A stretch of DNA of 56,399 bases, from assembly GCA_035529395.1 (NCBI GenBank), contig DATKWT010000058.1:1-56399 (forward strand). Direction: 5' to 3'. Position numbers and translations under genes: made by a program. Position 1 is the stretch's first letter, and every line of letters starts with the position of its first letter. Positions 35,427 through 42,685 of this stretch are shown here, one piece after another. The DNA is from Dehalococcoidales bacterium. GTDB taxonomy: Bacteria; Chloroflexota; Dehalococcoidia; Dehalococcoidales; Fen-1064. The notes below the pieces were generated by a model. That model worked only from the letters and a program-made list of their open reading frames with translations, was not told the origin of the DNA and did no database searches.

Positions 35427-36116
35427 ATGGCATACGATTACGAAATCAATGAAATGGCCAAGGAAGAGTCCTGGCGCATGTTCCGCATAATGGGAGAGCT
35501 GGTGGAGGGCTTCGATACACTCTCAGGAGTCGAACCAGCGGTGAGCATCTATGGCTCGGCCCGGGTGCAGCCGGGCGATGAGCTTTACGCGCGGACAGAA
35601 GAAGTCGCACGCCGTCTCGGTGAGAGCGGCTTCTCGATAATAACCGGCGGCGGTCCCGGTGTTATGGAGGCAGCCAACAAAGGAGCCCTGGCTGCCGGCG
35701 TAACTTCCGTAGGTCTGAATATAGAGTTACCGGAGGAACAGAACCCCAATCCCTATACCACGAAGTCGATAACCTTTCACCACTTCTTCGTGCGCAAGGT
35801 CATGCTGGTGAAATACGCCATAGCCTTCGTTATTATGCCCGGCGGTCTGGGGACACTAGATGAGGTAACCGAGGTGCTGACGTTGATACAGACATTCAAG
35901 ATACGACCTTTTCCGGTGATACTCTTTGACAGCCAGTACTGGAGTGGTTTCCTCGAATGGCTGAGAAGCACTGTTCAGGCTCGGGGATATATCTCCGAAG
36001 ACGACTTCGACCTGCTGCGGATATGTGACGAACCGGACACTGTCGTCGATGCAGTACAGCAGTGGTGCATCAAGCACGAAATCGGCGGTAGAAGGGCACT
36101 GGAAAAACACGCATAG
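35427..36116 (+). CDS. LOG family (TIGR00730-type) nucleotide phosphoribohydrolase
   Basis: GGGPGVMEAANKGA and PGGLGTLDE are LOG motifs. ATG 35427 has an AGGGAGGG SD 4 nt upstream. Confidence 0.85.
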   Translation: MAYDYEINEMAKEESWRMFRIMGELVEGFDTLSGVEPAVSIYGSARVQPGDELYARTEEVARRLGESGFSIITGGGPGVMEAANKGALAAGVTSVGLNIELPEEQNPNPYTTKSITFHHFFVRKVMLVKYAIAFVIMPGGLGTLDEVTEVLTLIQTFKIRPFPVILFDSQYWSGFLEWLRSTVQARGYISEDDFDLLRICDEPDTVVDAVQQWCIKHEIGGRRALEKHA

Positions 36117-36156
36117 AGTTTCAATCTAACCACCGACTGACGAAACGCGCGGCACC

Positions 36157-36232
36157 CGCGTCAAGATTTGCCGTTCGCGGCAAGATTTGCCGTCCCCGTC
36201 AGGATTTGCCGTTCCCGTCAGGATTTGCCGTT
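36157..36232 (+). repeat. Tandem direct repeat, 4 x 19 bp
   Basis: The units are CGCGTCAAGATTTGCCGTT, CGCGGCAAGATTTGCCGTC, CCCGTCAGGATTTGCCGTT and CCCGTCAGGATTTGCCGTT, starting at 36157, 36176, 36195 and 36214. Confidence 0.9.
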
Positions 36233-36253
36233 TGCTGTCCGGCCTGATATTAT
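36225..36253 (+). promoter_or_regulatory. Candidate promoter giving a leaderless mRNA for the second ACD-alpha-like gene
   Basis: TTGCCG (36225-36230, inside repeat unit 4), a 17-nt spacer, then TATTAT (36248-36253). The ATG at 36260 is 7 nt after the -10, and no SD is present. Confidence 0.4.
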
Positions 36254-36259
36254 GACCAC

Positions 36260-37720
36260 ATGGAATTAAAACGACCCTCCCTGGATGATGTTTTTTCGCC
36301 CCGTGGTGTTGCCGTAGTAGGGGCCTCGCCCGCAGGCAGAGGCTTCGGAACCGGAGTCCTCATGTCACTGCAACAAGCTGGTTTCCCGGCTATCTATGCC
36401 GTCAACCCCAAATATACCGATGTATTCGGTATCCCCTGCTACCCCAACGTGCGTGATATCCCCGGCGTTGTCGACTACGTTGTCGTCAGCATACCCGCGG
36501 AGTCGGCGCTTACGCTCCTGGATGACTGCGCTGCCAAGGGAGTGAAGGCGGTCCAGTTTTTCACCGCCGGATTCGGCGAAAGCGGCATCGCCGAGCGTGC
36601 GGAGCTGGAACAGACTATGCTGGACAAAGCCAGGCAGGGTGGATTCCGCATTATCGGTCCGAACTGCATTGGGTTATTCGTCCCAAAGAGCCGACTGGTC
36701 CAGGCCGGGAGCGGGCCAATGGAACCCGGTCCGGTAGCCTTCATCTCACAGAGCGGCGGTCACGCCAGTTTCTTCCCGGCGGACGGCGGTCCCCGGGGCC
36801 TTCGCTTCAGCAAGGTGGTCAGCTACGGGAACGGCCTGGACATCGATGATAGTGAGCTCTTTCACTATTTCGCCAGTGACCCGGAAACTGAGATTATCGC
36901 TGCCTACATCGAAGGTGCCAAGGACGGAGAGCGCTTCAAGGCAGCGTTCAGGGAGGCCGCCTCACGCAAGCCGGTGGTTATCTATAAAGGAGGTACTACC
37001 GGGGCCGGCCTGCGGGCTGCTCACGGACACACTGCCAGCCTGACCAGTTCTGTGGACGTTTTCAAGGCCCTCTGCCGGCAAGTGGGGGCTATTCAAGTCG
37101 ATGACTTCGATGAACTGATTGACGTGCTCGTGGCCTTGCGTTTTGCCAGTCCCCGGCCGCAGGGTACCGGCGTTGCCCTGGTTGGGGCCGGTGGTGGCCC
37201 CAGCGTCCTCGCCAGTGATGAAATAGAAAAGGCAGGGCTGTATATGCCGGCCATATCCCGTGAAACGAAGGAGGAGCTTCTCCAGTTCCTGCCCCTGGCA
37301 GGCAGTATCCTCACCAATCCTATCGATGCTCCGACCCTGGCCACTCCCCAGGCAATCGGACCGACGATGCGCGTCCTCAGCCGGCTCGCTGAAATAGACA
37401 TTCTCATCTACCACCTGGGCTTCCACCCCATCGGCGGTCTGGGTGGAGGACGCTTCGCCTCACCGGACTTCCTCGAACCCACCATCGATGCCATGAAAAA
37501 GGTCTGGCAGGAATCAGGTAAGCCGATTGTGCTGGCAGTGCGCCCCGGCCTCAGCATGGAAGCGATGAAGGAGTTCCTTGCCATCCAGGAGGCGTTCGTC
37601 AACGCCGGATTCGCTGTCTTCCACTCCCTGCGACAGGCGGCCGTCGCCATGGCCCGGGTGGTCGCCTGGAATAGCCGCCTGCGGACCGCTCCGGGAGATG
37701 CTGAGCAACCGTCAGCTTGA
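36260..37720 (+). CDS. ADP-forming acyl-CoA synthetase alpha-like protein, paralog 2 (no ATP-grasp domain)
   Basis: VAVVGAS, YAVNPKY, GPNCIGL, SQSGG and RAAHGHTASLTSS are present. It is collinear with 14034..15464, including the N-terminus. Confidence 0.8.
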   Translation: MELKRPSLDDVFSPRGVAVVGASPAGRGFGTGVLMSLQQAGFPAIYAVNPKYTDVFGIPCYPNVRDIPGVVDYVVVSIPAESALTLLDDCAAKGVKAVQFFTAGFGESGIAERAELEQTMLDKARQGGFRIIGPNCIGLFVPKSRLVQAGSGPMEPGPVAFISQSGGHASFFPADGGPRGLRFSKVVSYGNGLDIDDSELFHYFASDPETEIIAAYIEGAKDGERFKAAFREAASRKPVVIYKGGTTGAGLRAAHGHTASLTSSVDVFKALCRQVGAIQVDDFDELIDVLVALRFASPRPQGTGVALVGAGGGPSVLASDEIEKAGLYMPAISRETKEELLQFLPLAGSILTNPIDAPTLATPQAIGPTMRVLSRLAEIDILIYHLGFHPIGGLGGGRFASPDFLEPTIDAMKKVWQESGKPIVLAVRPGLSMEAMKEFLAIQEAFVNAGFAVFHSLRQAAVAMARVVAWNSRLRTAPGDAEQPSA

Positions 37721-37745
37721 CTTGCCATGATTCCAATGATATCAT
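37717..37745 (+). promoter_or_regulatory. Strong promoter-like element overlapping the stop codon of the upstream gene
   Basis: TTGACT (37717-37722), a 17-nt spacer, then TATCAT (37740-37745). Confidence 0.5.
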
Positions 37746-37751
37746 CAACTG

Positions 37752-37920
37752 GACAGTAGACACCGGTCCATACATGCAAAGGGAAACCGGAAAGGAGGGG
37801 TGTGATGATTGCAGAAGTAAGACGATACATTAGCTTGTCGCGCTCCGGAGGGTTTCCGGCCGAGTAGTCTCTTGTGACTGTGAGTGTTTTAGGCCGTTCC
37901 CCCGGGAACGGTTTTTTCTT
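37752..37920 (+). ncRNA. Candidate ~170-nt independent transcript (sRNA and/or mRNA of a 20-codon ORF at 37805-37867)
   Basis: It is bounded by the 37717 promoter and the 37892 terminator. It contains AAAGGAGGGG-4 nt-ATG and the ORF MIAEVRRYISLSRSGGFPAE. GGAAACC (37782-37788) can pair with GGTTTCC (37852-37858). Confidence 0.35.
37892..37920 (+). terminator. Rho-independent terminator
   Basis: CCGTTCC-CCCG-GGAACGG followed by TTTTTTCTTT. Confidence 0.75.
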
Positions 37921-37962
37921 TGTCCTGCTCCTATGGGTGGACCAAGGATACCAAAGCAAGAT

Positions 37963-37999
37963 AGACCGCGGGCGTGACACATCCGCGGTCTTTTCTTTT
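37963..37999 (+). terminator. Second rho-independent terminator
   Basis: AGACCGCGG, an 11-nt loop, then CCGCGGTCT, followed by TTTCTTTT. Confidence 0.7.
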
Positions 38000-38068
38000 C
38001 CCGACCTGTAACGACAGCCGCGCAACGAGTACTCGCACAATCCGAATAAAGGGAGCAGCGCAAACGAT

Positions 38069-39169
38069 ATGTGTCAAGACAGACTGGCAGAACTGGGATG
38101 GGATTCATTTTTCATGGACCACTTCAAGTCTTCGATGGTGGATGGCTGTGTGCCAGCCAGGGTTATCGCTGCGGGAAAGCACTCCTATCAGGTGTATAGC
38201 CAATACGGAGAGTTTCCCGCACGAGTATCGGGCAGGATGCGATACGAGAGCCGGGCAGGTGACCGGTACCCTTCCGTTGGCGACTGGGTAATTATCATGC
38301 CAAACACTGATGAGCAAAAGGGTCTGATATACGCGGTCCTTCCCCGAAGAAGTTGCTTCTCCCGTAAGATGTCCGATGACCGGGCACGGATGTCCGGCAG
38401 CCTGAGTCGCGAGCAGGTACTTGCCGCTAACGTAGACACGGTATTCATCGTCAGCGGGCTGGACGGCAGCCGGAACCTTAACCTGAGAAGGCTCGAACGC
38501 TACCTGACCCTTGCCTGGGAAAGCGGTGCGGTTCCGGTAATCGTACTGAACAAAGCGGACCTCTGCCCGGATGTCGACGCGTGCATACGGGACGTTGAAC
38601 CCGTCGCTCTCGGTGTACCCATTCATGCCGTCAGTGCTACCGAGCGATCGGGGCTGGACGCTCTGGAGACGTACCTGACCAGAGGAAAGACAACCGTCTT
38701 TCTCGGTCCTTCCGGAGTGGGTAAATCCGCTCTGCTGAACGCTCTACTCGGTATCGAAAGGCAGGAAGTTGGTGAAGTGCGGAGCACAGACAGAAAAGGA
38801 AGGCATACGACCACCCGGCGCGAGTTGGTCCTCCTTCCCGTCGGAGGGGCTGTCATTGACACCCCGGGCCTGCGGGAGGTCCAGATGTGGGCCGATGAAG
38901 ACAGCCTCGGCAGCGCGTTTGAAGACATCGAATGGCTGTCACGTGAGTGCCGCTTCAGAGATTGCACACATCACTCCGAGCCGGGATGTGCCGTCAAGGC
39001 GGCAATCCAGCAGGGCAGTCTGGATACTGCCCGTCTTCAGAGCTACAGGAAGCTGGAGAAAGAGCTTCGACATCTGGCAGCGCGCGAGGATATTCGGACT
39101 CGTCTCGAAGATAAGGCAAAGTGGAAAAAGATATCCAAGTGGTCAAGATGGTACAGCGAGAACCTATAA
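38069..39169 (+). CDS. rsgA: Ribosome small-subunit-dependent GTPase A
   Basis: Shows the circularly permuted GTPase order (VLNKADL before GPSGVGKSALLNAL) and the zinc knuckle CRFRDCTHHSEPGCAV. Confidence 0.9.
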   Translation: MCQDRLAELGWDSFFMDHFKSSMVDGCVPARVIAAGKHSYQVYSQYGEFPARVSGRMRYESRAGDRYPSVGDWVIIMPNTDEQKGLIYAVLPRRSCFSRKMSDDRARMSGSLSREQVLAANVDTVFIVSGLDGSRNLNLRRLERYLTLAWESGAVPVIVLNKADLCPDVDACIRDVEPVALGVPIHAVSATERSGLDALETYLTRGKTTVFLGPSGVGKSALLNALLGIERQEVGEVRSTDRKGRHTTTRRELVLLPVGGAVIDTPGLREVQMWADEDSLGSAFEDIEWLSRECRFRDCTHHSEPGCAVKAAIQQGSLDTARLQSYRKLEKELRHLAAREDIRTRLEDKAKWKKISKWSRWYSENL

Positions 39170-39200
39170 TGGGATTAACGTGAAGTAAAGGAGTAACCGA

Positions 39201-40175
39201 ATGGTAATTATGCCTTTCAACGAGGAGCACCTGGAAGACGCCGGTGCTCTGGTAGCAGCAAGGTACCGGGCAGAGAGAAAGCTTGACCTCTCCCTCCCTC
39301 CTGCATTTGAAGACTCAGGCTCTATAGTGCCCAGGCTACGGGACTATGCGAACGGCCGACTCGCCGGCTTTCTTTTGGGTCTCCTCGTCCTTAACATAGA
39401 CCGTCGCCTAGCCTGGAGTCCCGATTGGTGCCATGCCGCTGACTCTGATGATAATCGTGAAATCTATCGGGCTATGTACGCCGAATTGGCGCCCCGCTGG
39501 GTTACTGACGGATACTTTGCTCACGCCGTCACCGTCTTTGCCCACGAACATACTGTTTCCGATGCCTGGTACTCCCTCGGCTTTGGCGTGACGACTGTGG
39601 ACGCCTTCCGCGATCTCGCTCCTGTTGAAGGACCGGTAACCGATGTCGAAATCCGTCGCGCCACACTCCAGGATATCGACCCGGTTATTACCTTGGTGAT
39701 TGCCCTGCGGCGACATATGGCCAGCGCGCCCGCATTCATGCCCTTTATTACTCACCGCGAGAGACAGCGGACACAGCAGTGGCTCTCCGATTCTAACAAC
39801 GCAATGTGGTTGGCATATCATGATGATGAACCGGTCGGATTCATGGGACTCCAGCCGTCAGACCCGCATGGTGCCGTGATGCCCGTCTCCGACAAAACCA
39901 TCGTCGCCTTTAACCGCACCTTCACCAGGGAGGACCTTCGTCTTCGTGGCTTCGGCACCGCATTGCTGGACTATTCGCTGGACTGGGCTCGGTCGGCCGG
40001 TTATGAGCGCTGTTCAGTAGACTACGAATCCACCAATATAATCGGTTCCCGCTTCTGGGAATCGAAGGGCTTCAGACCGGTGTGCTACTCGCTGGTGCGC
40101 CACGTCGACGAGCGGATCGCCTGGGCACACAAGGACCGGGACGAGACCGACATTCTTCGCGAATTCCAAAGCTGA
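39201..40175 (+). CDS. GNAT family N-acetyltransferase (two-lobed, C-terminal GNAT core)
   Basis: RLRGFGTALLDYSLDWARSAGY...GSRFWESKGF is a GNAT motif A/B. An AAAGGAG SD is present. Confidence 0.7.
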   Translation: MVIMPFNEEHLEDAGALVAARYRAERKLDLSLPPAFEDSGSIVPRLRDYANGRLAGFLLGLLVLNIDRRLAWSPDWCHAADSDDNREIYRAMYAELAPRWVTDGYFAHAVTVFAHEHTVSDAWYSLGFGVTTVDAFRDLAPVEGPVTDVEIRRATLQDIDPVITLVIALRRHMASAPAFMPFITHRERQRTQQWLSDSNNAMWLAYHDDEPVGFMGLQPSDPHGAVMPVSDKTIVAFNRTFTREDLRLRGFGTALLDYSLDWARSAGYERCSVDYESTNIIGSRFWESKGFRPVCYSLVRHVDERIAWAHKDRDETDILREFQS

Positions 40176-40224
40176 TTGCCTGCTTGCTCAACGCGGCCAG
40201 TTCATCTCACGATATCTCTGGACC

Positions 40225-41415
40225 TTACCCCGCACCCGACTGCGTTACCGCCCCCGAGTCGAGCAGTGCCCCGACCTCCTCCTCACCATAGCCCAGTTCT
40301 CGCAATATCTCCCCGGTATCAGCGCCATTGGGAGTGCCCAGCCTTCTTATCTCCCCGGGGGTATCGGACAGCTTGACCGGCAGGCCAATCTGTCTCACCT
40401 TACCCACCGTGGGATGGTCAATCTCCACCACCATCTCGCGGTGCCGGACCTGCGGGTCCTGGAACGTCTCGTTCAGGTAGAGGACCGGACCAAAGCAGAC
40501 CTCTTTTCCTTCGAAGAACGCGGCCCATTCATCGCGGGTCTTTGCCAGGAATACCTCCGCCAGTTGCCTGGTGACATCGTCCAGCTCTTCCTGCGGGTAA
40601 GGCTCTCTCTGGAACCGTATCAGGTCCTCCCTGCCGAACTCCTTGCACAGGGTGTCCCAGAACTGCGGCTCGATGCAGGCAATGGTGACATACTCCCCGT
40701 CCTTGCAGCGGTAGACGTTCGTCCAGGGATGTGCACCGGTGAGGCGCGTTTCGCCGCGGCGGGGCGCCTCGCCAGTGAGGAAGTAGTTGGGCGTTTCCTG
40801 TGACATGAGTGAGATGACGCTATCAAGATAGGCGATATCGACATGCTGACCCCGCCCGGTCCTCTCCCTGGCGAAGAGTGCGATCAGGATACCCGACAGG
40901 CCATGCATCGCCGCACCGCCGAAGTCGGCGACCAGGTTGCTCGGTAGGTATGGGGGGCCGTTCCGCTGTCCGATAAGGCTGAGGGCGCCGGCAAGTGAGA
41001 TGTAGTTCATATCGTGGGCGGGCCTGGAAACATAGGGTCCGTCCTGCCCGAAACCGCTCAGCGAGCAATAGACCAGCCGGGGGTTTATCACTTTCAAGTC
41101 CTCGTAGCCGGCACCAAGGCGTGCCATCACCCCGGGACGGAAACCTTCCAGCAGCACGTCCGCCTTTTCTACCAGCTTCTTCAGCACCGCATGGCCATCC
41201 TCGCTCTTAAGGTTGATGATGATGCTCTTCTTGTTGCGGTGGACTGTCTGGAAAGCGGCTAGTCTCTCCTGGTCCATATCCCCACGCGGCGTGGCACCGG
41301 GTGGTGGGTCGACTCTGATAACGTCAGCCCCAAAATCACCAAGGAACATGGTAGTGTGCGACCCCGGGTACCCACGTGTGAAATCCAAGGCAACGAGTCC
41401 TTCAAACGGCAGCAT
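40225..41415 (-). CDS. Family III CoA-transferase (CaiB/BaiF/Frc family)
   Basis: LPFEGLVALDFT...LGDFGADVIRVDPP and internal RNKKS are family motifs. ATG 41415 has a CAGGAGG SD. The track's 41448 start is an over-extension. Confidence 0.85.
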   Translation of the reverse strand: MLPFEGLVALDFTRGYPGSHTTMFLGDFGADVIRVDPPPGATPRGDMDQERLAAFQTVHRNKKSIIINLKSEDGHAVLKKLVEKADVLLEGFRPGVMARLGAGYEDLKVINPRLVYCSLSGFGQDGPYVSRPAHDMNYISLAGALSLIGQRNGPPYLPSNLVADFGGAAMHGLSGILIALFARERTGRGQHVDIAYLDSVISLMSQETPNYFLTGEAPRRGETRLTGAHPWTNVYRCKDGEYVTIACIEPQFWDTLCKEFGREDLIRFQREPYPQEELDDVTRQLAEVFLAKTRDEWAAFFEGKEVCFGPVLYLNETFQDPQVRHREMVVEIDHPTVGKVRQIGLPVKLSDTPGEIRRLGTPNGADTGEILRELGYGEEEVGALLDSGAVTQSGAG

Positions 41416-41595
41416 GGTAGACCTCCTGGACAGATTCGATAGTGACATGATACATTCCCCCCTGTCCGGTGTGCAACTATCTGTACTCGTTCAATACATT
41501 ATTGGCACTCCGGCACATCCAATGCCGGTTGCCACCGGAGAATACCTGTTCTGAATGAGAGACACACCGTCGACCGCAAGAGCAGCCGGGGCAGT

Positions 41596-41623
41596 TTGGA
41601 TATTTACGAAGTGATGCTATAAT
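41596..41623 (+). promoter_or_regulatory. Candidate promoter for the SDR/ThDP genes
   Basis: TTGGAT (41596-41601), a 16-nt spacer, then TGcTATAAT (TATAAT at 41618-41623). Confidence 0.5.
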
Positions 41624-41663
41624 GGTGGACATACCCTGAATATGTCGTAATAGCGAGGTCAAG

Positions 41664-42461
41664 ATGAAACTAAAAGACAAGATTGCCGTCGTTACCGGTG
41701 GCGGTCAGGGAATCGGCCGGGGTATTGTGCTCTGTCTTGCTGAAGAAGGGGCTGATGTTGCCGTGATTGAAATCAACCCTGAGACCGCCAGAAAGGTCGC
41801 CACCGAAGTGGAGCAAATGGGACGACGCGCACTGGTCGTCGTTGCTGATGCCACCGATGATGACTCCGTGGTGAAGTCGGTCCGGGAGGTTATCGACCAC
41901 TTCGGCAGGATCGACATCCTGGTCAATAATGTCGGTGGCTCCGACGAAGGAGGCTCCGATAGTATAGCCTTGGGCGGGACCGGCTGGGACGGATACTATC
42001 GCCTGACCCTGAAAGCGCACGTCCTCATGTCCCAGGCAGTAATACCCTACCTCAGAGAGCAGAAGAGCGGTAAGATAATCAACATATCCTCGGAGGCGGG
42101 TCGGGTTGGCTCCCCCCTGCTGATGGCCTATTCCGCATTCAAGAGCGGTGTGATTTCTCTCACAAAGTCACTCGCCCTGCAACTGGCTGGCGACAATATC
42201 AACGTCAACTGCGTCTGCCCCGGTGTCATCTGGACGCCACTGTGGGAGAGGCTGGCGCAGGGTTTGATTGACATGAACCCCGCTCTTAAAGACATGTCGC
42301 CGCGTGAGTTTTTCGAGAAACGGATAGTTTCCCAAAGACCGATGGGGAGAGAGGAGACAGCGGAAGACATTGGACGAACGGTAGTCTTCTTCGCTTCCGA
42401 GGACGCACGGGCCATCACCGGTCAGTCCCTGAACGTCAACGGCGGCAATGTTATGAACTAG
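41664..42461 (+). CDS. SDR family oxidoreductase
   Basis: Contains the VTGGGQGIGRGI cofactor loop, NNVG, and the catalytic YSAFKSGV motif. Confidence 0.85.
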   Translation: MKLKDKIAVVTGGGQGIGRGIVLCLAEEGADVAVIEINPETARKVATEVEQMGRRALVVVADATDDDSVVKSVREVIDHFGRIDILVNNVGGSDEGGSDSIALGGTGWDGYYRLTLKAHVLMSQAVIPYLREQKSGKIINISSEAGRVGSPLLMAYSAFKSGVISLTKSLALQLAGDNINVNCVCPGVIWTPLWERLAQGLIDMNPALKDMSPREFFEKRIVSQRPMGREETAEDIGRTVVFFASEDARAITGQSLNVNGGNVMN

Positions 42462-42620
42462 TACCTAGTTGCACAAATCCGCGCAACATTCAGATTCTGT
42501 GTCTCCTCGCTCCGCTCGGAGTCCCGGCTAAGAATGACATGTCAATGGCATGTCACCCTGAGTGTAGCGAAGGGTCTCACCCTGCGGAACATACTACCTG
42601 GTATTTAGGCAACTGAGTAC
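42461..42620 (-). repeat. 160-bp MITE-like copy of the hairpin element family, bounded by 12-bp imperfect terminal inverted repeats
   Basis: GTACCTAGTTGC (42461-42472) and GCAACTGAGTAC (42609-42620) match at 10/12 as inverted repeats. 42551-42620 is the reverse complement of the 5' part of the 33433/15510 element, with the CTGCTGGCAAAGCCAGCAG module missing. Confidence 0.7.
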
Positions 42621-42685
42621 TAGAAACTCGGCATACACCAAACCGGGAACAGGTGAGATTCAGCAGTACTAAGGAGGTCTAACTA

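Noticed and set aside
36157-36232. Possible CRISPR array, because of the regularly spaced repeats
   Set aside because: The 19-bp units are contiguous with no spacers, there are only four copies, and no cas genes are nearby. This is a simple tandem repeat or operator array.
38305-38335. Hammerhead-like CTGATGAG core
   Set aside because: It lies inside the well-supported rsgA reading frame, and no flanking stems or GAAA element are in the appropriate positions.
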